NCBI GenBank assembly: GCA_964567265.1
Contig: CAZMLK010000001.1
Coordinates: forward strand, 262,574 to 326,573
Direction: 5' to 3'
DNA length: 64,000 bases
DNA from: an uncultured Candidatus Saccharibacteria bacterium
GTDB taxonomy: Bacteria; Patescibacteriota; Minisyncoccia; Phycocordibacterales; UBA12088
The notes under the pieces were generated by a model. The model was not told the origin of the DNA. It saw nothing but the letters and a program-made list of their open reading frames with translations, and ran no database searches. Position numbers and translations under genes: made by a program. This document shows, piece after piece, positions 17,384-25,547 of the stretch; the stretch's first letter is position 1, and every line of letters starts with the position of its first letter.

Positions 17384-18709
17384 ATGGATTCTCACAGTAA
17401 CTCAGGAGGCAGTCATTCAGGGGCAAGTCGCCCACGAAGTGGCGGCTACCAGGGCTCGAAAGGCCCGCGAAGCGGCGCAAGCCGCTCATCGACCCCCCGC
17501 CATGCGGGTGGGTATAAGAGCCGCCCGAATGGAGGCCGCGGAAGCGCACGCCCATCCTACGGAGGCGGCCGTTCCGCGCCTAAGCGCGGCATGCACGGCG
17601 TCTACATCGACCCAGCTCGCCTCATCAACAAGGCAACCGTAATCGAGGAAATCGTCGAATACGTCCCAACACATAACTTCAAGGACTTCCAGGTCCAGGA
17701 GGCGCTCAAGCGCAACATCATCGCGAAGGGATACACGACCCCGACCCCGATCCAGGACAAATCAATCCCGCACGGACTCGAGGGGAAGGACATCATCGGC
17801 ATCGCGAACACCGGCACCGGCAAGACCGCAGCCTTCCTCATTCCGCTCATCAACAAGGTGATGCTGAATCCGAAGGAGCGCGTCCTCGTCATGGTCCCGA
17901 CGCGCGAGCTCGCGGTCCAGATCGAAGATGAATTCCGCGGATTCGCGAAAGGACTCCACATGAGCGCGGTCATCTTGATCGGTGGCGCGAACATCAACCC
18001 ACAGCTCGGCGCACTGAAGCGCCGCCCGAGCCCTGCATTCGTCATCGGCACGCCGGGACGCATCAAGGACGTCATCGAGCGCCGCGCGCTCGACCTCTCT
18101 GGTTTCAATACGCTCGTCCTCGACGAGGCTGACCGCATGCTCGACATGGGCTTCATTCGTGAGATGGAATACCTCGTCGGACTCATGCCGAAGGTTCGCC
18201 AGACCATGTTCTTCTCCGCGACCTTCACCAAGGAAATAGAGGCACTCACGCATGCATTCCTCAAAGAGCCAGTGAAGATCTCAGTGAAGGTGCAGGACAC
18301 CTCTGCAAATGTCGACCAGGACATCGTCCGCGTCGCCGACAAGAGCAAGAAAGTGGACACGCTCCACAACCTGCTTATCCAGCCAGGCTTCAAGAAGGTG
18401 CTTATCTTCGGACGCACCAAGCACGGCGTCGAGAATCTCTCGAAGATGCTCCGCGTGCTCGGCTTCAAGGCTGAGGCGATCCACGGCAACAAGACGCATG
18501 CGAACCGTCAGCGCGCGCTCCAGTCATTCAAGGGCAACCACGTGCAGATCCTCGTCGCGACCGACGTTGCGGCACGCGGACTCGACATCCCTGATGTCAC
18601 GCACGTCATCAACTTCGACATGCCGGCGACCTACGAGGATTATGTCCACCGCATCGGCCGAACTGGCCGCGCTGGGAAGAAGGGGAACGCCATCACGTTC
18701 GTCGACTAA
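17384..18709 (+). CDS. DEAD-box ATP-dependent RNA helicase with a Gly/Arg/Ser-rich N-terminus
   Basis: Q motif, GTGKTAAF, PTRELA, DEAD, SAT and HRIGRTGRAG motifs. A leader of about 140 nt precedes the ATG. Confidence 0.9.
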   Translation: MDSHSNSGGSHSGASRPRSGGYQGSKGPRSGASRSSTPRHAGGYKSRPNGGRGSARPSYGGGRSAPKRGMHGVYIDPARLINKATVIEEIVEYVPTHNFKDFQVQEALKRNIIAKGYTTPTPIQDKSIPHGLEGKDIIGIANTGTGKTAAFLIPLINKVMLNPKERVLVMVPTRELAVQIEDEFRGFAKGLHMSAVILIGGANINPQLGALKRRPSPAFVIGTPGRIKDVIERRALDLSGFNTLVLDEADRMLDMGFIREMEYLVGLMPKVRQTMFFSATFTKEIEALTHAFLKEPVKISVKVQDTSANVDQDIVRVADKSKKVDTLHNLLIQPGFKKVLIFGRTKHGVENLSKMLRVLGFKAEAIHGNKTHANRQRALQSFKGNHVQILVATDVAARGLDIPDVTHVINFDMPATYEDYVHRIGRTGRAGKKGNAITFVD

Positions 18710-18731
18710 GCCTCAATTCAAATACGAAACC

Positions 18732-18764
18732 AAACGGCCGCTCATGCGGCCGTTTGTTGTTTTG
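18732..18764 (+). terminator. rho-independent terminator
   Basis: AAACGGCCGC tcat GCGGCCGTTT followed by GTTGTTTTG. Confidence 0.65.
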
Positions 18765-18795
18765 AGGAGAGTGGAATCACTTGTATGATTCTGGT

Positions 18796-19344
18796 ATGGA
18801 AGAAAAGATTGCAGTATTCGGTGGCGGATGCTTCTGGTGCACGGAGGCGGTATTCAAGTTGCTTCGCGGCGTCGGATCGATCGCGCCTGGATACGCCGGC
18901 GGCCACACCGAGAATCCGACCTATGAGCAGGTCAGTCGGGGCGATACGGGTCACGCGGAAGCGATCCAGATTCACTACAATCCGGCGGAAATTTCCTACA
19001 AGGACCTCCTCACCGTTTTCTTTGTTGCACATGATCCGACGACGTTGAATCGCCAGGGGCCGGACACCGGCACGCAGTACCGTTCAGCGATTTTCTATAC
19101 TGACGAGGAGCAGAAACGTGAGGCGGAAGAGTATATCAAGGAACTCGAAGCATCCGATCCCGGCGGGAAGCCGATCGTGACCGAAGTCGCGCCGCTTACG
19201 AAATTCTACGAGGCGGAAGCGTATCATTTCGATTACGCCGCGCAGAATCCCGACCAGCCGTACATCCAGATCGTCTCGACTCCGAAAGTGGAGAAGGTCC
19301 AGAAGAAGTTCGACAATCTCTTGAAGACCCACGCGAAGCAGTAG
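18796..19344 (+). CDS. msrA: peptide-methionine (S)-S-oxide reductase
   Basis: GGGCFWC active-site motif with overall MsrA similarity. ATG at 18796; the ORF-track start at 18781 is a TTG. Confidence 0.9.
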   Translation: MEEKIAVFGGGCFWCTEAVFKLLRGVGSIAPGYAGGHTENPTYEQVSRGDTGHAEAIQIHYNPAEISYKDLLTVFFVAHDPTTLNRQGPDTGTQYRSAIFYTDEEQKREAEEYIKELEASDPGGKPIVTEVAPLTKFYEAEAYHFDYAAQNPDQPYIQIVSTPKVEKVQKKFDNLLKTHAKQ

Positions 19345-19358
19345 CCTCGTCCTGTTCC

Positions 19359-20738
19359 ATGCTGACACCAAAAACGAATAGAAGGCGTCTCGGCCTCTCC
19401 ATACTCATCCCGCTCATCGGGGTCATTCTGTGCGGGGCGTACGCGACCTACTACGTCTATCATTCGGTGGATGCATCGGTGATGGCGAGCATCCAGGTCC
19501 GCACTGAGACGATCGCAAGCGCGCTCGATGCTGAATCAGTCGAAGCGCTCGCGGGGAACGAGAGCGATCTTGATTCGGAGTGGTATCAGAAGCTGAAGGA
19601 GCGCATGATCGCGATCCATGAGGTCAACAAGGATTCCCGCTTCGTCTACCTCATGGGACGGAACGATGACGGCCGGATCTTCTTCTACGTGGATTCGGAA
19701 GATCCTTCTTCCGAGGATTATTCGCCGCCGGGACAGGTGTATTTCGAGGCGAGCAATGCCCTGAAAGCCGTGTTTACAGACGAGCAGAGCGGCATCGAGG
19801 TCGCGTCCGACCGATGGGGCGACTGGATCTCGGGATTCGCGCCGGTCATCGATCCCGTGAGTGGAAGAGCGGTCGCCGTTGCCGGGATCGACATCGACAT
19901 GCATCAGCATCTTCCGACGCTCCTCGCGTACTCGTCGCTCCCGTTCCTCGCGACCCTGATCCTGCTCCTCATCCTCGCGATCACCTACCAGATCAGGCGG
20001 AGCGAGGAGCGGCGCATCGACGAGCGCGCGGAACTTCTCGCGATCGCATCCCATGAGATCCGCTCGCCCCTTACGGGCATCCGCTGGGCGGCGGACGCGC
20101 TCCTCAACGGCAGCGAGCCGCTTTCTGAAAGCGTCCGGCATCGCGTCGGAAGCGTCTATGAAAGCGCGCTCCTCATCATCGACCGCATCAACAACCTGCT
20201 CGCGGTGAATGCACTTGAAGCGAAGCATCAGAAACTGAAGCTCGGTCCCGTCGCGATCCGTCCGCTCATCGACGATACCATGCACATGCTGAACCTGGTC
20301 GCCGAGCAGAAGGGACTCACTATCGATGTCTCTCCTGCGCTTCGGGCTGATGTGCATGTCCACGGCGATCTCGAGAAGATGCGCACCCTCTTCACTAATC
20401 TCATTTCGAACGCCGTGAAGTACGGGAAACCGGGGACGCCGATTGAGATCGGCTACCGAGAGGAAGCAGGACGGCATATCCTGACCGTCTCGAATAGCGG
20501 TGATGGCATTCCCGAAGAAGATATCCCGTTCATATTCACTGGCTACTACCGTGCGCGCAATGTCGCCGGGCACACTGATGGCACCGGCATGGGACTTTTC
20601 CTCGCGAAGAAGATCGTCGACATGCATAACGGGAAGATCACCGTCGCATCCGTCGAGCATGGAAAAACGACGTTCACGCTCTCGTTCCCGAAGGCGAAAG
20701 GAGATACGAAGCCGGAGCCGGCTTCGACAACTCCATAA
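19359..20738 (+). CDS. sensor histidine kinase (TM - periplasmic domain - TM - HisKA - HATPase_c)
   Basis: H-box HEIRSPLTGI. N, G1 and G2 boxes: NLISNAVKYG, DGIGI, GTGMGL. Confidence 0.85.
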   Translation: MLTPKTNRRRLGLSILIPLIGVILCGAYATYYVYHSVDASVMASIQVRTETIASALDAESVEALAGNESDLDSEWYQKLKERMIAIHEVNKDSRFVYLMGRNDDGRIFFYVDSEDPSSEDYSPPGQVYFEASNALKAVFTDEQSGIEVASDRWGDWISGFAPVIDPVSGRAVAVAGIDIDMHQHLPTLLAYSSLPFLATLILLLILAITYQIRRSEERRIDERAELLAIASHEIRSPLTGIRWAADALLNGSEPLSESVRHRVGSVYESALLIIDRINNLLAVNALEAKHQKLKLGPVAIRPLIDDTMHMLNLVAEQKGLTIDVSPALRADVHVHGDLEKMRTLFTNLISNAVKYGKPGTPIEIGYREEAGRHILTVSNSGDGIPEEDIPFIFTGYYRARNVAGHTDGTGMGLFLAKKIVDMHNGKITVASVEHGKTTFTLSFPKAKGDTKPEPASTTP

Positions 20739-20741
20739 TCG

Positions 20742-21128
20742 TTATTGCGCGGCTCCTGCGAGCGTCTTCTTCACGACCGCGATGATCGAATCGAGCCCGT
20801 GGTCGGACTTGATGAGATAGGTCGTCAGGTCTTCCGCGACCGCTTTCGCGATGTTGGCGGCATCGTCATTATTGCTGAGGATGATCACGGGCACGGCGCT
20901 CGTGATCGGCTCCTTGCGGATCTCGTGAGCCATCTCGATGCCGTCCATGCCGGGAAGGGTGACATCGGTCACGATGATGTCAGGGGTCGCGCTCTTCGCC
21001 ATCGCGATGCCTTCCTCGCCGCTTTTCGCGAGGAGGAGCTCGAAGCCTTCGGTCTTGAATTTCTCTCCGAGCGATTCGGCAAGGAGGGTGTCATCCTCGA
21101 CGAGGAGGACTATGGCGTTCTGGTTCAT
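20742..21128 (-). CDS. single-domain response regulator (CheY-like receiver)
   Basis: LLVEDD...DIIVTDVTLPGMDG...ILSN receiver motifs. Start chosen at MNQNAIV. Convergent with the histidine kinase. Confidence 0.8.
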   Translation of the reverse strand: MNQNAIVLLVEDDTLLAESLGEKFKTEGFELLLAKSGEEGIAMAKSATPDIIVTDVTLPGMDGIEMAHEIRKEPITSAVPVIILSNNDDAANIAKAVAEDLTTYLIKSDHGLDSIIAVVKKTLAGAAQ

Positions 21129-21204
21129 GCCGCTAAGTGTATATGAAACCCGCTCGTTCCCCAATCGAGTTTTCCCACCGCACCCGTTTTCCGTGATTCT
21201 TGGG

Positions 21205-21213
21205 TGGTATACT
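21205..21213 (+). promoter_or_regulatory. extended -10 promoter element TGGTATACT
   Basis: TGnTATACT lies about 17 nt upstream of ATG 21230. Confidence 0.4.
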
Positions 21214-21229
21214 TTAGGGCAACGGACGT

Positions 21230-21952
21230 ATGCGAACCTATCACTCATTCCCGACCGCGCGGTCCCTGCCGCATCTCCTCTCATTCGCCGGCATCCTCCT
21301 CCTGCCGCTCTTCGCGCTCTTCACCTTTTCATACGTCACGAAGACGAGCATCTCCGAACTGGGTGTCGATATCGGGGCATCGGTCGCGCGCATCGTGGTC
21401 GCATTCGCGATCTCGGTAGTCCTCGCGTGGCTCTTCGCTGTCCTCTTCTACCGCGGCCGCCGCGCTGCTTTCGCGCTTCCGGTATTCGATGTTCTCCAAA
21501 GCATCCCGTCCTTCGCGGCGCTTCCGATGGCCATCCTCCTCTTCGGCCCGAGCAATACCACGGTCATCATCTTCCTCGTCCTTGCCATTATCTGGCCGAT
21601 CTTCTTCTCGATCACGAGCTCTCTCAAGTTGGTGCGGCACGACTGGACCGAGGCGGTCGAGATGTCGCGGATCAAGGGCGTCCGCTACCTGACTCACTAC
21701 CTGATTCCCGTGACCATTCCCGGCCTCGTGACGGGTTCGATCATCGGGCTCGGCGAAGGTTGGGAGGCGCTCATCGCGACCGAGATCATCGTCCACTCGA
21801 ACGCCGGACTTGGTGAATTCTTCAATTCAGTCTCTGACAAGCCATTCGTGACTCTCTTCGGCGTCCTGACCTTCCTCATCCTCATTTTCGTGCAGAATAA
21901 GCTCATCTGGCTCCCGCTCCTCGAATGGAGCCATCAGCTGGTCGAAGAATAA
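21230..21952 (+). CDS. ABC transporter permease (NitT/TauT family)
   Basis: Six TM helices with a binding-protein-dependent permease EAA-like loop. Adjacent to an ATPase. Confidence 0.8.
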   Translation: MRTYHSFPTARSLPHLLSFAGILLLPLFALFTFSYVTKTSISELGVDIGASVARIVVAFAISVVLAWLFAVLFYRGRRAAFALPVFDVLQSIPSFAALPMAILLFGPSNTTVIIFLVLAIIWPIFFSITSSLKLVRHDWTEAVEMSRIKGVRYLTHYLIPVTIPGLVTGSIIGLGEGWEALIATEIIVHSNAGLGEFFNSVSDKPFVTLFGVLTFLILIFVQNKLIWLPLLEWSHQLVEE

Positions 21953-21953
21953 T

Positions 21954-22712
21954 ATGGAACACATCCTCGAAATCTCGAATCTCTACAAGCACTTCGGCAA
22001 GGGCCGGAAGAAGAATGCTGAGGCGCTGAAGGACATCACGCTCACGGTCCGCTCCGGGGAATTCTTCGTGCTCCTCGGACCTTCGGGATCAGGGAAGTCG
22101 ACGCTCCTCAGGATCGCCTGCGGGCTCGATACGGCGTCCTCAGGCACCGTGAAATACCCACATCTCCTTGAAAAGGACGACATGAGCTTCGTGTTCCAGC
22201 AATTCGCGCTCCTTCCGTGGCTCACGGTCGGCGAGAACGTAGAGCTCGGCCTCATCGGACGGAATATTCCGGAACAGACCCGCGACATGCTCGTGAAGCG
22301 GGAGCTTGAGGAATTCGGGCTCTCCAAATTCCGTCACTCGCATACGCGGAATCTCTCGGGCGGCATGAAGCAGCGCGTCGGGCTCGCCCGCGCCTTCGTG
22401 ACCGAGCCGAAGCTCATGTTTCTCGATGAGCCGTTCTCTGAGCTCGACTTCTTCACCGCAGAGGATCTGCGCAAGGAACTCCTCCGTCTCTCGCGCGAGC
22501 GCGGCATGACCGTCATTATGGTGAGTCACAATATCCAGGAAGCGGTTGCCCTCGCCGACCGTATCAGCGTCCTCACTTCACGTCCCGGGCAGCTCAAGGA
22601 AGTCATCGAGAACACGCTCCCATACCCGCGCATCCCACGCTCACCAGAATTCTTCGCAATGGAAGATCGTCTTTCGGCGCTTTTGAAGATCCCTGATGAA
22701 TCGAATCATTGA
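21954..22712 (+). CDS. ABC transporter ATP-binding protein (NitT/TauT family)
   Basis: GPSGSGKST, LSGGMKQRV and LDEPFSELD motifs. Confidence 0.9.
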   Translation: MEHILEISNLYKHFGKGRKKNAEALKDITLTVRSGEFFVLLGPSGSGKSTLLRIACGLDTASSGTVKYPHLLEKDDMSFVFQQFALLPWLTVGENVELGLIGRNIPEQTRDMLVKRELEEFGLSKFRHSHTRNLSGGMKQRVGLARAFVTEPKLMFLDEPFSELDFFTAEDLRKELLRLSRERGMTVIMVSHNIQEAVALADRISVLTSRPGQLKEVIENTLPYPRIPRSPEFFAMEDRLSALLKIPDESNH

Positions 22713-22992
22713 AAAAATGAGTCAAAACTCCATCATGCAAATCGTCTTTCTTGTCCTGGGTATCTGGGGAGTGTACCGCGGATTTATGATTACCTACTCA
22801 AAGAAGTATTTTCTCGAGAAAGTTCTGCGAGTTTATGACATAGACAGTGATACTGCTTACGAAAAAATTCCAATATCCACTCGAAAATACCTACGGTATC
22901 GCGGCGGATTGGGAGGCCTCGGCGTAGGAATTATTTTGCTCGGTCTTTTCTGTGTAATGACGTTTATTGATTGTCACGGATTTTGTAAATAA
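22696..22992 (+). CDS. small membrane protein
   Basis: 98-aa ORF, low GC, two TM helices, overlaps the ATPase stop. Confidence 0.3.
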   Translation: MNRIIEKMSQNSIMQIVFLVLGIWGVYRGFMITYSKKYFLEKVLRVYDIDSDTAYEKIPISTRKYLRYRGGLGGLGVGIILLGLFCVMTFIDCHGFCK

Positions 22993-23070
22993 GCAATAAC
23001 TTACACCGTCCCCGACAGTTAGGAACATCTTCATGGCCGCAATTTTTTTCTACAGTCGGAAGTACTAAGA

Positions 23071-23119
23071 AAAAACAAACCACCGCAAAGGCTATGCCTT
23101 TGCGGTGGTTTGTTTTTTT
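23071..23119. terminator. bidirectional terminator (long perfect palindrome with A and T flanks)
   Basis: AAAAAACAAACCACCGCAAAGGC tat GCCTTTGCGGTGGTTTGTTTTTTT. Confidence 0.7.
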
Positions 23120-23132
23120 AAAGTCATTCAGT

Positions 23133-23573
23133 TTAGCGCGGAATTGCAGGGCTCCCTGCACCGCGGAGCTGGATCGATTTCGCGGTGAGGCTACCGTCGG
23201 TGTTGCCGGTGCCCATGACGGTCACTTCTGTGCCCGCCGCGAGATCGGCAAGCGAGCCTGCCGCTGACTTGAGCACTTCGGTCGAGGTCGCGAAGAGCAC
23301 GATCTTGGTGCTGCCGTCCATCATCTTGAGGGTCAGGCTGGTGTCATCCTTCGAGAGGATCGCGCCTGAAGCAAATCCGGTTCCGCGCGCGAAATTGCCC
23401 CGCGCTGCGCCGCCGCGCTGTCCGCCTGGACCGCCCTGGAATGCGCCATTCGCGAAGGCATCCGCGCGGGACGCGCGCGCGTAGCGCATGCCAGCATAAA
23501 ACGAACTGCTTCCAACGACAAGAAGTGCGATCACGAACGGCACCAACAGCTTCGGCTCCATGTATTTTTTCAT
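23133..23573 (-). CDS. secreted protein of unknown function, last gene of the efflux operon
   Basis: Signal peptide followed by a Gly-rich region. Co-oriented and tightly linked with the MacB-like genes. Confidence 0.5.
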   Translation of the reverse strand: MKKYMEPKLLVPFVIALLVVGSSSFYAGMRYARASRADAFANGAFQGGPGGQRGGAARGNFARGTGFASGAILSKDDTSLTLKMMDGSTKIVLFATSTEVLKSAAGSLADLAAGTEVTVMGTGNTDGSLTAKSIQLRGAGSPAIPR

Positions 23574-23603
23574 ACTGTGTTATTTGTGAATGATAATAAT
23601 TTC

Positions 23604-24830
23604 CTACTCGTACCGAAGGGCCTCGATTGGGTTCAAGCTCGCGGCACGCCGCGCCGGATAGTATCCGAATACGATGCCGATCGCGCCCGAGACGCCGAAC
23701 GCGAGTAGGATCGATCCCAAGGACACGCTCGTCTGCACAATTCCCGTCAGATTGACTCCGAAGGCGATCAACCATCCGAGCGCGATGCCGATGCTGCCGC
23801 CGATCAAGGTCAGCGCGACCGCCTCGGTGAGGAACTGCCGGCTGATATCGCTCTTCCGCGCGCCGATCGCCTTCCGGAGCCCGATCTCGCGCGTCCGTTC
23901 GGTCACGGTCGTGAGCATCATGTTCATGATGCCGATGCCGCCGACGACGAGCGAGATGCCCGAGATCGCCGCAAGGAGATAGGTGAGGGTAGAGGTGACG
24001 CTTGATGCGGCCCCGAGGATGTCGTTCTGGTTGAGAACGCTGAAGTCGGCAGCGGTCGCGTCGCTCAGGTGATGCCGTTCGAGGAGAAGTGTGGTGATAT
24101 CCGCCTGCACGGTTGCCATGGTCTCGGATTCCGTCGCCTGGACAGAGATGCTGGTGAGGTACTGGTCGCCCGATAAAAAGCGCTGGGCGCTTTTTGTCGG
24201 GATATAAATGACGTCGTCGGCATTGTTGAAGCCGCTGCCGCCCTTCGAGGCTGTGATGCCGATCACCTTGAATTCCATGCCCTTGATGCGGATGGTCTGC
24301 CCGACCACGTCTTCGGCATTCTCGCCGAAAAGGTCATCGCGAACGGTGGGACCGATGACTGCGACCTTCGACGCTGAATCATTCTGCGTATCTGAAATGA
24401 AGACGCCGTCAGCCACCGTTACATTGCGGATCGTCGCGTAGCCCGGCGTCACGCCGGTGACGCTCGTGTTCGTGTTCGTGCCTTTTGCGGTGACCTGGTA
24501 GCGGCCCGAGACTTCAGAAGAGACCGCCTCGATATTCTGGACGCTCCCGCGGATCGCATCTGCATCTGCAGTTGTCAGCGTCTTCGCGTTACCGCGGCCG
24601 CCGCTCGCGCCGAATCCCTGGGTGCGCGCCGCGCCCGGCGAGATGATGAGCAGGTTCGAACCAAGCGACTCGATGCTCGATGAGATCGAGTTCGAAGCGC
24701 CGGTCCCTATCGAGACCATCGCGATTACTGACGAGATGCCGATGACGATGCCGAGGATGGTCAGGCTCGAGCGCACCTTGTTCGCCGAAAGCGCAGTATA
24801 GGTCTCCTGAAGGGTGTCCTTGTAGGTCAT
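23604..24830 (-). CDS. ABC transporter permease, MacB/FtsX-like
   Basis: N-terminal TM helix, a large periplasmic domain and three C-terminal TM helices (FtsX). Overlaps the ATPase by ATGA. Confidence 0.85.
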   Translation of the reverse strand: MTYKDTLQETYTALSANKVRSSLTILGIVIGISSVIAMVSIGTGASNSISSSIESLGSNLLIISPGAARTQGFGASGGRGNAKTLTTADADAIRGSVQNIEAVSSEVSGRYQVTAKGTNTNTSVTGVTPGYATIRNVTVADGVFISDTQNDSASKVAVIGPTVRDDLFGENAEDVVGQTIRIKGMEFKVIGITASKGGSGFNNADDVIYIPTKSAQRFLSGDQYLTSISVQATESETMATVQADITTLLLERHHLSDATAADFSVLNQNDILGAASSVTSTLTYLLAAISGISLVVGGIGIMNMMLTTVTERTREIGLRKAIGARKSDISRQFLTEAVALTLIGGSIGIALGWLIAFGVNLTGIVQTSVSLGSILLAFGVSGAIGIVFGYYPARRAASLNPIEALRYE

Positions 24831-25546
24831 GATCCGTGTACGTGATGATGCGTTTTCCGGCGCGTATGTGCCTTGGTGTCCGAGACGATCTTCCCATCGC
24901 GGAGCGTGATGATGCGCTTCGCATGCTCCGCGACATCTGCTTCGTGCGTGATGAGGACGACGGTCCGGCCATGCTCCTCGTTGAGGCGCTGGAACGTGCC
25001 AAGCACGATCTCGCCGGTCTTCGTATCGAGGTTTCCTGTCGGCTCGTCGGCGAGGATGAGGGACGGGTCATTCACGAGCGCCCGCGCGATCGCGACGCGC
25101 TGGATCTGGCCGCCCGAGAGTTCGTTGGAGCGATGCATGAAGTGCGATTCCTGGAGTCCGGCGGCCTGGAGCGCCGCGCCCGCGCGGGCCTCGCGCTCTT
25201 CCTCGCCGACGCCTGCATATACCAACGGGAGCATCACGTTCCTGAGGACGGTCGTACGGGGAAGCAGGTTGAATGCCTGGAAGACGAATCCGATCTTGTC
25301 CTTCCGGATATCCGCGAGCGCCTCGTCGTCGAGTGTCGACACATCCTTGTCGTCGAGGGTGTAGGTGCCGGACGTCGGCGTGTCGAGGCAGCCGAGGATA
25401 TGCATCAGCGTCGATTTTCCTGAACCAGACGGTCCCATGATCGCTACGAATTCGCCGTCCTCGATCCGGAAGGAGACGCCGGCGAGCGCCTGGAACGCGT
25501 TCTCTCCGGTGCCATAGGTCTTGGTGATGTCCTGTATCTCGATCAT
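24827..25546 (-). CDS. ABC transporter ATP-binding protein (MacB/LolD-like)
   Basis: GPSGSGKST, LSGGQIQRV and LADEPTGNLD motifs. Start MIEIQDITK at 25546. Confidence 0.9.
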   Translation of the reverse strand: MIEIQDITKTYGTGENAFQALAGVSFRIEDGEFVAIMGPSGSGKSTLMHILGCLDTPTSGTYTLDDKDVSTLDDEALADIRKDKIGFVFQAFNLLPRTTVLRNVMLPLVYAGVGEEEREARAGAALQAAGLQESHFMHRSNELSGGQIQRVAIARALVNDPSLILADEPTGNLDTKTGEIVLGTFQRLNEEHGRTVVLITHEADVAEHAKRIITLRDGKIVSDTKAHTRRKTHHHVHGS

Positions 25547-25547
25547 G

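Noticed and set aside
19536-20660. 374-aa minus-strand ORF
   Set aside because: Antisense to the histidine kinase, whose H, N and G boxes are intact on the plus strand.
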